Positions 37,816-52,134 of a stretch of DNA of 64,000 nucleotides are shown one piece after another (within the stretch, counting starts at the first letter, position 1; each line of letters begins with the position of its first letter). Source of the stretch: Phoronis australis. Its lineage: Eukaryota; Animalia; Phoronida. The notes under the pieces are model-generated. The model was not told where the DNA came from. It saw only the letters and a list, made by a program, of their open reading frames with translations, and made no database searches. Position numbers and translations under genes: made by a program. Where the stretch lies: the NCBI GenBank assembly GCA_002633005.1, contig NMRA01000119.1:580698-644697 (forward strand), in the 5' to 3' direction.

Positions 37816-40800
37816 CCAGTCTAGCAATAGTTTTATAATGACTGACATCGCTTTTGGCGGTGCCATTCAGCAGTGCCTCTGACTGCCATCCTGCAGTCGT
37901 ACAGAGTATTCAGTTATTTCGGAGGGTGTTTGTTGCTCTGAAATTAGGATTATACACACTCTTTTGTATAGTCATCAAGATAAAACCTCACCCTTTTTTG
38001 AGTTGGCACAGTGATCAAAACTGACCCACTTTGGTGAGAGCCTCAATGGAAGAGTCAACTTTTCTGATAACATAATTATGCAAAGTTATTATTTACAGGG
38101 AATTGAATTTCAGCAAAAAGCTCTCTAGGATGTATTCTTTTTAAAACAACAAACGTCAGTTCCATCTGAAACCTTCCGTGGTTTTGGTGCTAAAATTGAT
38201 TATTTTATACAGGTCCAACCAAAAAGTAAATATTTTTGTGTGGAATTTATTTGGAAATTCATCTTTTCATGGTGACTTGTTACTGGTCAGAGTATCACAT
38301 TTGGTCATATTAAATCTATGCAAGTCTCCTCTCTCCTGGACCCCGACTCGTCGACTGTTTCATTTTTTCTTTCCACGTTCACATGATGTCAAGTGTTGTA
38401 GAGTTTGCAACAATCATCTATTAATGTCAGTCTAATTGCAAAACAAGATCTCATAACCATTCTTAAACATTCTGAAACTACTAAGGCTCGCTGTAATCAA
38501 AGCATCCTGGAGTTAGACATTGTATGCAAGCGAACTTTAAAAACCTGGTTCGTTAAAATGACTACTAGTTGCAAAAACATCTCACATTTCCAAATTGGGA
38601 GCTCAGGGTACTTCAAAGATTTTAAGCTGGTTCACTAAACCCAAATTGACGGTTTCTTGTGCGTTACTTGGGTTGGATTGTTATCCAGGCAATAGTCACT
38701 CACTAGCAATCCAAATTTTGAGAACAAGTTTTAACGCCTGCTATTCATTGAAAAACAGGTTCCTGTTATACATTAGAAAACACGGGTTCTCAAAGTGGGG
38801 ATGCCCTGTATGTTACTATTACCATTATGCCACGAAATTTATCTAACCATGGAGAACTTTATTTTGCTGATGTATTGATTACAAATATGGTTTAGTTTAG
38901 CGATAGACTGAAGTACTAAGTCTGGGCATTAACATAGCCGTGGGCGCACAACAGGGCTATCCCCTCCTCGTTGCAAACCCTTCCCCTGGTAGAAACTCAT
39001 TTCAGTTTTGTTCTTGCCTAGCTTCCTTGTCCCTGTCCCTTGTTCATGCAGTACCTCCAAGTTGCCTCACATTAGTCATTGGTTGCCAACAATTTCAAGT
39101 TTAGCAACCTCTTAAATAATTCTGACTACACCAGCGTTGCTACATGGGAATAGGTTACTAAAGACTCGACTGCCATTCAACTTGCACATTTACTGCCTTG
39201 TGAAAGCATAAACCATTATGAAATTAACACCTGGGCCCTGGGTTTCAACTTTTTACTCAGAATTATTTTTGTTATTTTCTATTCTGGTTTTGTTTGAATT
39301 CGAGATAAGTTTCTTTTATTCTATACTTGAGTACTTATTGATGGCAATTAATGATCCGTGCATTACAGCTGAAAGTTTGAGTCTGAGTTCGAGGTTTTAC
39401 TAGAAATCTTGAGTTTTTACTCAAATTTTAGCTCGAATCTAGTGGTCATTAAGTAATATCTTGATCTCGCAAGGAAGTGGACTAGAAGTGACAAAAACAA
39501 TTTCGAGTTCGATTTGGATTGAAAGTTTCACTCTAGAAGTGTATTCCCAAAACATGATCACATAATCCCTTTTCAGAGTTTTAAATCAATCCATATACAA
39601 GACTGGGCTAGAATCTGTTTAGCCCAAAAAGCATTTAAATGCTATATGGAGAATAATAAAACATCTGTACTAAACTGTATTGAAAAAATGAACCCTTTTG
39701 ACATTCCTTATCCACAAATTGTGCCATTTTTCAAGCTGCTATTTACCCAAACTCTTTTTAGAACCGTCATGTAACAATATAAGATTAGTCCGGTACAAAC
39801 AATGTTGTTTTTGGCCAAATTAGTAGCAAAAATCTCAAGCACTCACATGAACATTGGCATTGGATTTGGATACTAGTGCCTGATGTCAATCTTCATGTGT
39901 TTGCTCGTGATTAGACTCTTGATCTTGTACTGTTCCTTACTGAGATTACATGTGGTATATTGGCTTCGGTTGAACGGATAGTTTCTTATTGCTTAAGACC
40001 TGGTGCAATAACCATGGCTTTGAGCAATAACAAAGTTTGAATTCTTCCAAGTCCACTAACGAACAAGTTGAAATAGTGATATATACAGGGCTTGGAATTT
40101 TCCTTTTTTGTTTTTATTTCCTTTTATTCGATTTCCAGCTTCTTTTTTATCATCATTGTTTGGCTTGATTCATGCAAAAACATTTCTTTCAGTTTAATTT
40201 TACTACACAAAAATATTTCTATCACACAAGCCTATTTGTGAAATGATAGATCACCTGGAAAATTTTCCTCTTATAGTCATTCCAATTCCTGTATATAGTG
40301 GTAAGTTGTTCAGATCAAAATTTATTCTTTTTCACATAAGACGCATTTATAGCAACTTTAAGGGATTTAATTCGAAGGAAATCTGGAAGCTAGAAGACAC
40401 CATCTGATAAGCGCATTCTGAAATCAATAATTGTGCTTGTACTTTCCAAGATGTTCAACACACATTGTTAGGTATGGGGATAGGGTTCATTCCACCATCC
40501 TTGGGCTTTCAGGGTACCCTCCTGAAACCATTCCAAGGAGGTACTCCCACAGGTTTATATAAGACACGACACTCAACTGGGTGATTTTTCTCAAACAATT
40601 TCTCTTCAAAATGGTGCTTGCAAAAATCCCTACCACATCAAACTTTTTCCTATGAATACAACGGATTTCACTCTGGAAGTTAAAAACACTGCAAATGGTA
40701 CCTTTTTCCTACTGCAATAGGGGATTTAATACGATACCTGTATTTTTAAAACCTTGGACACCAGACTCATTTTTGACAACAGGAATCTCTGAGCCAACCT

Positions 40801-42759
40801 CTTCAAGCTTAATGGGTGAAAAAGACACAGCTGTCCAAGAATTACTACGAAAGGATTCATTTGTTAGCATTAGCTCTTCTAAAAAGATTGTGCATTTGAA
40901 ATATTAGGCTACAATTTTATTGAAGTCCAAACCTCGGACCACAAAAATGTTTTTTAGCCACAGTCTAAATGGGTGGAGATTCTTCTAGCACTCGATTATG
41001 CACAAAACTAAAGGTTACGGCCCATGTGGAACACCTCTCGGGTATTTTCGTAGCTACAAATTTACCCTCGGAACATCTGGAGCACCTCGGCTATTTTCCT
41101 ATTTACATGTACAAAGTTTTTTTAGAAACACTTCAGGTATTTTCGTAGCCTCAAATATCCTCTCGGAGATGAACGTTATCCAAAATATGGCAAGTCACGT
41201 GATTTTTAATCTTGACTATGATAGGCAAACTTGAAGTCGCACACATGCAGAGAGCATTCACCTATTAGGTGAATTTTGAGGTTACGAAAACACCCGAGGT
41301 GTTCTGGATGCCCTTGGAAGTTAATGTTTTCAGTGCATGCTCGAACTTTATGGCCAATCATTCTCCACTAAGTTTGTTAATCACACAGGTTAAATTCACC
41401 TCCAATGAGAAAATTGAGGCCCCGAATATACCCAAGGTGATCTGAATGGCTAAGGACCCTCAAGTTGTCCGGGGTCCCACCTCAAAAAGGGAAATGGGGA
41501 AGAACAAATTAGTATTTCAACGAGGTGGGGGGAATGTAAGTTGAGAATTGTGGCTACCTGGAGGGTCGAAAATTGTGGTGTTCTAGGGGGTGAATACTGT
41601 GTAGGCTGCGAAGTGGTGGAAATTGGATGCCAGCAATATCTACTGTAACACTGTACAGAGACGGATAGGGGGAAGGGGGCCATGGCCCTGCTTAAAATTC
41701 TCCAAGATTCCATTTGGCACGTTTGGGGCGGGTGCAAATGTCTGACGGGCAAAATACTCTGCCCTTGCCCCTACTCCCAACTCAAAATCCTGGATCATCG
41801 CTGTAAGATCTTACAGCAGGGGATCGAGGATCCAGGATTTCGGCCCGTTTTCAATTCATAAAAAGCGTTCAAATAATGAAACTGAAAAAATGCCAAGTGA
41901 AAAGAGTGAAGCCATTGTTAATTCAGGTTTATTTTCCCAATAAGGAATCGATAATTACATGATTTTACTACAGTTTGTAGGTAATATCACAATATATAAA
42001 CAGCTACCTCACCAGAGAGTTCCCCCATACCGCAAACGCGACACAGTCGCAAAATAACTTTTACTCTCGCGACACCTAGCGACCTGATAACGTAATACCG
42101 GATGTCAGCATGCGCAGAGCAAACTTCCTGGTTAAAAATTGTCAGCTGACAGTCAATGAAAACCATCGTTCTAGTGCGCTGTACCTGGGCCCGGTCTCCA
42201 ATCTCCGTACTCAGACTCGAATCATGCTCAAACTCACACTTCATACTCAACTCGAGTACAGACTCAGCTTTGGTTAGACGAAGTGGAAATTCTAAATCTC
42301 CAAACACCGGATTTGTATCTCGAGTTTAAGCTGATTGCCACTTATGTGTGTGGAAAATGAAATTTGGAACTGTTTTGAACTTGATTCTATCATTAAGCAA
42401 TTCTCTGAAAAGAAAATTCGCAAATTACGTCGAATGCTAAGGCGTAGTATGCCATAAATCGTCTAAGATGAACTGAGAATCAAGCCGTTTAGTGAGCCAA
42501 AACTAGCGCCTTCTTGATTCCATTTTTATAACAATGTAAACCATGATAACAGAAAACGTCTCAAAACAAAATTGATTTTTCCTGAAAGGGAAACAGATGT
42601 TCAACTCAATAGACCTAATTACCAAAGTATACGTAGGAAGGCATTATCATGCTGAAAGATAATATCAGCCTGTGTCATTTTTATCATCCGGTTCGTGGTC
42701 CTGCCACAATTTACATTTTTTATTGCTATGAATCTTTGGTTGGTGTAACAGGTGCCCAA

Positions 42760-42830
42760 CTGCTGAGACCGGTGGCCCATGATGTGACCGGTGGCCCATT
42801 ATGTTGTAACCTGTGGCCCATGATGTCGTT
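42760..42830 (+). repeat. Minisatellite, ~20-bp unit x3
   Basis: ACCGGTGGCCCATGATGTG-like unit repeated three times. Confidence 0.6.
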
Positions 42831-44913
42831 AAGATGCCTCTGAATTTAAGACACTTGACTTTTGTAATGTGCTCCAACATTCAAGATCCAACTATAATTT
42901 GCTGGTAACGAAAGATGTTTGGTATTGTAATTTTGGCCTTAAAGAACACCATTGCTATTAAACACAAGTTTTACAATCAGAAAAGCCCTAGCTGTGATTG
43001 AAGGGTTTGAGGTCACTAGTAATACGATGACGCCTTCGAAATTGACCGATACCGCTAATGGTTTACCTGCAGAAACCTTATTAAAAGCAAATTGAAAGTC
43101 ATTTACACCCACAAACAGCTTTAATTCATTGTCAAGTTTCAAAATGTATACTTACATGAAATGTCTCTACAGTATTCAGCTCAAAATTTCACCTGACTTG
43201 TTCACGTTCAGTGTTCAAACAGCAGGTTATTCAAAATCGTGACGTTGTTTTATTCTGAGCCATACAGTGTCGGGGGGGGGGGGTTCGAGGGGGATGCAAC
43301 TGAAAAATTAGGATACCAATAGAGGGTGTAACCGAAAAAAGATCCAGTTGTATGTGGGCAACATTTTATGGAAAGCCAAGATGAGTTAAGGTTTTATTCC
43401 AGAAACATCATTTTGTAGGGGTAATTCCGCAAACCATAGTAAAACTTTGTACATGGATTTTTGGACAGATGAATGTTAGCTCATTAAGCCCGAAACAGTA
43501 AAAGAAGAGTTGACATGTTTTAAAAAGTAAGTACATCATTTCCAAGCTTATAGAATATAGATAACATGGAAAGCCTTTTGTCTAGCTAGAAATGTATTAT
43601 TTATTCTAATATATTTCCAATTCCTAAAGCGAACCCTTTTGTAGAATTTTTTTGTCGGAAAAAGTTACCCTTTGGTTTGGGCATTTTGTCTGAAAAGACA
43701 TATTTCCGTAGAGAAACTGGTCGTGAAAAAGTGATCCTTATGTGAAGTTCGCCCTGCATACCTCGTCTATAGCAGTGCCCCCGGTACATTTGGCTGACCG
43801 TTACCTATGGTTACCGTATTGCTAAGGCATATTTGCTTACTACCAGAGTTGTTTGTCAAAGAAAAAATGCAGTGTTGAATTATATGTGGAACAATGCTGG
43901 TTTCGTTGAAAACTATCAACATATAACCAAATATTTTTTATGGCGGAGAAATGTATTTCTAGAACGGTAAACGATTGTACTGCGCTTTTGTCGATAATTC
44001 CACACCTTTTGACCCACTTTTCTTTGTGGTATTGTCAGTTTAACCACATGTGTGGATGATTAATTATGAATGTGTCATTGCCTGCGTTTGAAAAATTGAA
44101 ATATTTTATTCAAACACCAAATCGTGTGGCTGGTCTGTTCTAGTGTTCAACTGGTAACCGATAAAGTCTTATGCTTAATCTAATGTTATTGGCAATGTAT
44201 TTGTATTGTAACGAAATACGGGTTGAAAAAATGTGATGACGCTAACGGAGTTTCAAGATCAAGCTTTTCACTGATGCTTAATTCATTGTTATTGACAATG
44301 TAATTGCACTGTCGCAAAATACGGGTCGAGAAGATGTGACCGGGTTTCAGACGGTCATTTTATGCATTTGTAAGAGCGCAATCAACCTTGAAATATAAAT
44401 CAGCATTTGCCATCAATTGCGTTGTACAGTTTATACGAGATTTTTTGTCCCACATTATCAATCAAGTTCTCTTTAGTTCATTATGTCGATAGCATGTTGC
44501 TGAAGCGGATGGTGAACGATTTCATAGGAAAACGAGAATATTGTATGAATCTTGCTAAAATCACATACATTCTGATGAAATGTTTTTAAAGTTATTGTAA
44601 CATGTACTTTAGATCGTCGATACACAGCTCCGCCAAAAAAATGGCTCTCGCCACTGTTGTGTCATTATACATTGGGCTCTAGTCGGGGTTTTATTTTGTA
44701 CTCGAAATTTAACTCAAATTAATTTTTAAAATTTTTGCTCTACTTTTGTGCGAACTCAAAGTATACATATGTGTGTTTATATACGGTTCAAGTTATCAGC
44801 ACCGAGAAAATATTTTCACGAACTCGAAAGCCGAATGTAACCGGAATCCGCGGAGTAAAGGTTCGAGAAACTATGATTTCGATAATAGTTGTCAAAAATG
44901 TATGTAGCGTTGT

Positions 44914-47900
44914 TAGTCTAGTAGCCTCCCACATGGTCCCCTAGAAACTCGTGGTAGTGTAAGGTTTTTGAGTATTTCATGTTGGGTTGGTCCCCCTGAC
45001 GCAGTTTAGCTGGAATGTAATCATGACAGCATTGAGCATTTTTAAATATGCAAATTAGGGCCGCCATTATCCAAACTTCTGTTTTTGGTTGTAACTTCCT
45101 TACCAAGTAAAACAGGTAAACTATTTTGATGTTTTTACACATGTTTCCAAGTTCAATGAATTCAATGGAGGTAGTTAACACGTGTTACAAGTGGATAAAT
45201 CATACATTTGCATAAATTACGACGGCCATTACTTAAAAACCTACTTGTGCATGGCTGGGGTAAAAAGCACAACAGGTAAAAATTATGTTGATATTTTCGC
45301 CCATCCTTCTATGGATGACCAGGAAATAATTGCAACAGAAGGTTTTATTGCATAAATCATATCCTCTCACACCCCTTAGTGTGAGAAAAAAGTTTTCCGG
45401 AATCGGAGTGGCGGAAATTCATTTTCAAGATGGCAGACAAAATGGCCGACAGATTTACAAATGACCATTATAACTCGAGAATTTAATGTTATAGAGAAAA
45501 ATTCAAAAAGGTTTCCGTATCTTTTGTGGGTCAACAAATCCATTGGAAATAGTTTTGTATGGCTCTGGTGACACCGTCCGCCATTTTACAAGATGGCCGC
45601 CAAAACTTGTTTGAGTTGCACAACTTCGCACGAATAGAGTAGTGTGTCGTCTTGATTTTAACACTGCACCATAGGTTTTCTGGGTCGACTAATCCATTGA
45701 GACTCATTGCGTTTGGTTCTAATGATTACTTCTGTTATTTTATAAGATGGCCACCAAATGGTTGATTCCTGTAAGAACTTCAGATTCCAGAGAAACGCAA
45801 TATTCACAGATTTCATATCCAGACTTCCATAGGTCAAAATGTCCATTAAAATTATTTTTGTCTGGGTCTGATGGTTACGACTACCATTTTCAAGATTGTT
45901 GAACAAATAATAATTTATTTGAGTGAAAAACATCAGGTTCGCCTCGACTGAAGGGTAATTCTCCTGAAAAAATGTGCTATATCTAAAATAATTCTCTGCG
46001 ATTAATTTAGTGATCTACTTTTCACATCAATTGACCGTCTGTGTCACCTCCAATTAGCTGTAAATACTAGTGAATACAGCAACAGTTGAGACAGGAGAAA
46101 GGTTTAGCAAAGTATGTTTAGCAAGTTAAACAGCTTATAAGCGCTTGTGCAGCTCCCACTAGGCTTCTCTTTAGTGATGTTCTACGTGTGGGCGAAGCAG
46201 TAATTCTCAGTCTGTGATCAAAATCTATACAAATTCAACCAGTATTTACACAACTTATCTCTTTAATTTACCTGGTGAAGAAGTTGGTGGTAGTGACTGT
46301 ATTTGGACTTGGGCTATGCTTGATGACACCTTACCAATAACGAACAGTTGTTATGCTGTATCGCAACCACCGATTACATTCGCAAATGACAAAAGCGCGC
46401 ACGTTTCGGCACCAACAGACAACTGTAGTTTCTTGATGTCCCACACTCTTCTCTTGTTTTCGTGCCTCTTGTCAGATTTCATGAATATTGGAAATTGTTG
46501 TGTGAAGTACCATGGTAACACAAAAGAACAGGTCTATATCGTGTGCAATGAGGGTAGTATAACCTTGCGCTGCATTCTGTACTGTTGTTTCTACAATTAA
46601 AACATCTGCGTCACCTTGAGCTTGTACCACTTTGCAACCTGCATTTCGAAAAAAGAGAATGAATCTTTGTTTGTTTTTGCTGTTTGTCAAAAATGTGAAC
46701 TTCCTTCTGTGACTTGATCACCATGTCGCTATTGACGTGAACTTCAGTTCCAACCACTTCACCCAGTCTTGGAACATGGGAGACATCATTAATAGATGGG
46801 CTACCTCCATAGCCATCAAAAACTACAGTAGGCTGGGTGTACTTGGGAACGTAATCCACATAAGCTCTACCAACTGACTAAAATGTTGCACCTCTAGGCC
46901 ATAGAATACAGTGAAGGAGACAACCACAGTCGATTACATGCATCGTCGTCTTTTCTGGAAATTGGTAATCCTCTGGTAGGTCGTCCCCCACAAGACCACA
47001 GTGCATCAGCTAATATTGATTTCTCACCGACTTTCGGAAGACCACATGTATCAAAAAGAGCGGGGTACCAACACATAGCTCAAACTTCAAAAGGCTTGAT
47101 AAACATTTACTGTTGTCTTTTGCAGCTGTCAATAATTGCTGAAATAGCAGTTGTGGATCGACTTGTGTGAAATCACAATTGGCAACATGAATTAGTGGAC
47201 TTGTCATTGCCACAACATTGTCTTTCTTTCTTAATTTGGAGTCTTTCACACTCTACCTCTCTGTAGACAGGAGAATGACCTTTCCGGCTTCTGTGGCATT
47301 TTCGGCATTGACGAGTGTGCGTGCAGTCACAACAGTGGCGATGTTCTGCAATGTTTCCCTTTCAATGGGTTTCTGTTGTGGAGGAATTCAACAAGGCTGA
47401 GAATGTTTTTGTCATACCACGACTGCCTTGCCTGGGTACGTTCTTTATGCTGCTCAGCTGTTTCAAAACTCAAGTTTATCATACTCTGCATGGACATTTA
47501 TATTTGAGCAGGCCGACCAGGAAAGCAGTCACTGTGCACGCTCCTGCTTATCTCCCATTTAGCAACCTCTAGTTAAACCTCCTGTAAATTTAATGGTTTT
47601 CATGAGCGTTTGTTCAATTACAAGGTCAGATGACAAGCCTGCCTAGAATCTGTCACTTCTTCTTTTGTCACGGTGGTGGTTAATAAAGGCGCTGTAGACG
47701 GTCTGGATGGGTGTCTTTGAGTTGCTGCATCTGCTGCAAGTGTATGTATGCAGATTTTGTATGTGAGATGTGACCAGCAGCTACAAAGTAAAACAGCATT
47801 TCAGAAACTGATTTTAGGTGAAGTTAACAATCTGACGTTATTTTTGCTTATAGAAAAAGTCGAAGGACGTGAACCATCTTCATATACTGTAGTCAGAGAC

Positions 47901-48810
47901 TGCTGGTTCAACTTTGCAAAGGACAAGTCTTTGTTTTTTATGAATTCCTACAAGACAATCCGACAAGCATACAACGCCGCACATAGGCGTCATGCCAGCA
48001 ATAAGATCATCATACAGCTTAAGACTAGTTTTTAAATCAAAATCAATTATATCAGTGGCCATTGATTCTTCTCGGACGAACCATTCTGTCACTGCGAATT
48101 CTGAACACTCGTATGCTCTGATTCAGTCGTGTTTGAATATATCAGTCGCAGTAGGTAGGAAGCCAGAAGTGAACTCTCGTGAGGGTATTCCACTGTAATC
48201 CAAGGTTCAGAATCGGAAGACAATGTCTGTGCTTTGCATGTCCCAGTGTATACATCTCTAGTTATGCTAGGATGTCTGAAGAATATGTCTTCATATATTC
48301 TGACGAGCCGACATTTGTGTACAAGCATTGAATTGCTCCACCTCTTGGCGCGGAATCTGTGTGTTCTGTGTTGGTGACATTTCGGGACTCCTGGAATTTC
48401 TGAAGAAGAAAGATCTTCTTTCTCCAAATCCTGAAGTCATTGGTTCTGGATTGGCGTTACTTGATCTGTCAGTATTTGGAAGTCGAATGCTGAACGCTCT
48501 AGCTGTTATGATACCATTCAGTGCTGGGTCTACCAACATATGCCCTTCAGTGCTCTATCCACACTTTTTCCATTCAACATAATGGATCACAATGTTTGGT
48601 ACATACACCGTCTCAAGAACGTGAAGCCTGGTGCCTAACACTACGTATCCAATACATCCCAGAAAGTGACTACAGATTACTGTCGTTTGGTTTGCTGGCA
48701 CTAATTTCCTCTAAAATCAGTTACCTATGCTCATAAAGCATGCACATTAAACCAATTGTGACTACTAAATGTTAAACATTCAATTGTTCACTTCTGTAAC
48801 ACAAATTAAT
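44914..48810 (-). mobile_element. Decayed Academ DNA transposon (transposase plus XPG-like nuclease region) with terminal region
   Basis: Frameshifted GCIG..LETVY..GHMLVD, QYMKMV..LHL..AAGH..KSAY, SDRF.AGLSSDLVIEQTLM..GGLTRG, VDPQLLFQ, ALFD, VVFDGY, NSKNKQRFI, DADVLI, GCDT, SLPPTS. Putative TAG terminus at 44914 followed by AAGATGGC-rich subterminal DNA. Confidence 0.75.
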
Positions 48811-48824
48811 TTACTTTTCATCAA

Positions 48825-49480
48825 ATGCATGTGAAATCAGTTGCCAAATTGTCCACTCATGTCAGTAGCAGACGAAATCTTTTGATGGGAACAACTAATA
48901 ATGTCTCCAATAGAAGAAAGCAAAGCCAATTCCTGCTAAGAGTTGTATTAACATTCAAGTCTCTAAAACTGTTGAATTTATTTAACCCTAAGGACAAAAT
49001 TTCTATGGGTCTACGGTCCAAGGTAGTATACAAATTTATCTGTGCTGGATGTGGCTCCAGTTATATAGGCGAAACTGCTCGCCATTTGAAAACCAGTACC
49101 AAGGAACATCTAAATTCTGATAGAAATTCACATGTAAATATTCACCTACAGAGCTCCAATCATTGTTATCAGCAGTGCTCTTTCAATGACTTTGCAGTAA
49201 TAGACCAGGCAGTAACAACAATGGAGCTTAAAATTCGTGAGGCTTTACACATCAGTTGGTGCAAGCCCAATCTCAATAGGCAACTGACACACCACATGTT
49301 GTCATTGTTGGTCTAGTTCATTGTCACTCCCTGTAACCGACTGTATCTGTGCTTCATTACTTGTTGCTGGGATTAGCTAGGTGGCCACTGTATTCTCACT
49401 TCTGAAGATGGTGTTGAATAAATGACACCGAAACATGTCAAGTCTTAAAACCGTTGTTGTTTTCTTTAATAATGGCCATC
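48825..49480 (+). mobile_element. Penelope-like element 3' end (GIY-YIG endonuclease plus pLTR)
   Basis: KDKI..RSKVVYKFICAGCGSSYIGETARHLKT..KEH...ELKIREALHI..KPNLNRQ; stop at 49316; hammerhead downstream. Confidence 0.9.
49398..49443 (+). ncRNA. Minimal type I hammerhead ribozyme in Penelope pLTR
   Basis: Stem I ACTT/AAGT, core CTGAAGA, stem II GGTGTT/GACACC, GAAA, palindromic stem III ACATGT, GUC cleavage triplet. Confidence 0.75.
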
Positions 49481-49896
49481 ATTGTCTAAAATTCTATTTC
49501 TGTTCGTGACTTACGGAGCACTTTATGTAAATCACCTGTACATTTGCACCCATGTTTTCTTCATCAATGAAATCAATTTATTGGTCATTACATCATAAAT
49601 TTGTGTAGCTTATAATTTATGCAAATACGAGTTGACGTTACTCATTTTGAATGCCTCCAAGAACTACAGTTAAATAAATACAGATGGAAATTATGTGGCC
49701 AGCAAGTAAACTGTCGCAGTACGGTGTGTCTTAGTTCGAAGATTCACCGAAAGGACTCTCATCCAAAGATCGAGTCCTAGCAGCTTGGATAGCAAACAAG
49801 ACGCTTGATTATTTTTGGTTAACTGATTGATGTTATTCATAGAGAGGGCGCTAGCGTAATTGCTTTACTTCATTGTTAGTGTACTTAATTAAATAC

Positions 49897-50052
49897 AGCC
49901 TCCCGTTCAGTAACGCTAGGACCTCGCTAAAAAGCAAGGCTTCGCGAGATTACGTGAGATACTGCCGCGTATTTTAAATGAGAACACGTGACTTTGATTA
50001 GGTTTTAGCTAGGTCCTAGCGTAGGTAATAGCGTCTACTGAACGCAGGCCAG
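49897..50052 (+). mobile_element. ~150-bp MITE (Harbinger-like)
   Basis: CAGCCTCCCGTTCAGTA...TACTGAACGCAGGCCAG imperfect TIR; four copies in the window. Confidence 0.65.
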
Positions 50053-52134
50053 ATTTCACTTGTTTTAACTAGTGGTTATCATATAATAAATCAATTACTG
50101 GGTTTAATCATTATCTATCCATCCACGCACAATCTCAAAGCATAGCTTCCTTTTAAACAAACCCACAGTCAACTTCTGACATACATCAAAGGCAATGTGA
50201 AGCACATAGTCAAAAACAGAAGAAACAGTGCTTAAGATTCAAACTACAGTCAACCAAGTTTGAAAGTGCGCTCGTAGATGCTGCTCGTAGATGCTGTTGG
50301 ACATAGTTTAGAACTGTCCTCACAATCAGTTGTTTGGTGTTCATGTGAAACGATTTTACAAACTTATGGTTCTTTGCCTCAGCGAGTACCACATTTATGA
50401 ACAAAGGTTGAAACGCAAAAATGCCTGCCTTACACTGTTTAAAAGGGAGTTGCATTGTACATTTCACGGACGGCGTACTATAGTGGGCTGACGGGGGGTA
50501 TAGCACCCCACATATTTCAGTGCAGCGCCGCCCACGGCCGCATAGGCGTCGCACCATGGGTGGCTTGGGGCTATACGCCGCCCATGCATTTCCACAGAAA
50601 GATATATAAACAAATCAAACAAAATGAAGTACGATGAATTTATAGAGCGCTGGTAAGGTGTTGACCTTTTTTGTTTGTTATGAATGAATCATAGCCTCTA
50701 CTTGTTTGTAATGTTAAATTACCTTTGTACATATCACCACTATAAGTTGAACTTAACTGATCCTTGACTAAACAAGAGTTATTGTATTGCCGTGAGGACA
50801 CTGTAATTGTGTGATCTGTACCGTACCTGTTATACTGAATAAAAAGTTTGAAGGTGCCCTGCTCACGTGCTTCCACAATGGCATTGTTGATGCTGTGGCA
50901 ACGACAAAAAAGATTTAAATCTCAACAGATGAGAATGTGTTATCTAATGTGAAATAAATAAAAGACGAAGACATCCAAGCTTCACACAAAGATCATAAGA
51001 TGCCTGTGAAGTGTGGAACGATGAATGAGGACACTGAAGTAGAAATATATGTCACAGGGGCGCTCTTGGCTGCCGATTAGCAATATGACAAGAATTGTTA
51101 TCAGGGTTCGAATTCAGTCTTTTCCAAACCTTTGAAAAGCTTTTTAACTTCTTGGTTTTGATGCATGTTTCAACAGTTATCAACAAAATATGTGTTTGTG
51201 AGATTGAAGTTGCATTTCCTACTTATTAGCTGGCTAAAATGGACAAAAATCGAATCATGAATTTTACTCTCAAAATATCGGCCTCATATATTCCTTATCA
51301 TGTGATACGATTCCATTCCATTACCAACTTACGACATACGGAAAGTGTAAATATGTCATTTTCTTGTTGGTAACCGAAATAGAATCCTTTCACAAAAAAA
51401 GAATAAGACCTTTTTATGACAGCCACCTGAACGGGGTAAAACGCAGCTTAAAATTCAAATTCTAACCCTGGTTATGAGGGTGGGTGTTGAGACACAGCAA
51501 CCTACTAAAAGTCGACATTTGTGCACAGTCAGAATGAGCGAACGCGGACATCTGTACAAGTATCGTAACTTTCGAGGGCACTTTCCGACAAACTGAAGTT
51601 TTCTAAATTGATGAGAAATGAAATTAAATACGCCAGGTTGTGTATCAGTTGCAGGGTTTGGAAATTTCAAAGCAGGTCTTTAAAGTGTGTTAAACCTGAT
51701 GCTGCAGCTGTACATCGGTGTATGATCTTTTTAGCAGCATTTACACGGGAGACAGTGGTCACGGAGCAACTCACCCGAAACAGCTGATCGGGCGTAAGTG
51801 TGTGTGTAAACCCGATTGACTTCATTGAGAGAATAGAGTACACTTCTGAAAATGATTCAGATCTTGTTTCAGATGGTAGTCACGCAAAAGTCTCTGATTC
51901 TAAAACTTAATAAAATCATCCAGAGTCATGTAACCAAGACGGTGACCCAAACTACTCTTGGTGGACAAAATTTGAAAATCCATGATGTAATTGCCAACTG
52001 GTTTCATTGACCACAAAACATTGGTGCAAATATCAAAATAATCCACATATAATGCCCTGTAAGGAAGTTTTGAGCAGAAATAAAATTTTAAATAATGGCG
52101 TCCTTAACTTGCATAAAATCTATTATGCAGCAAC

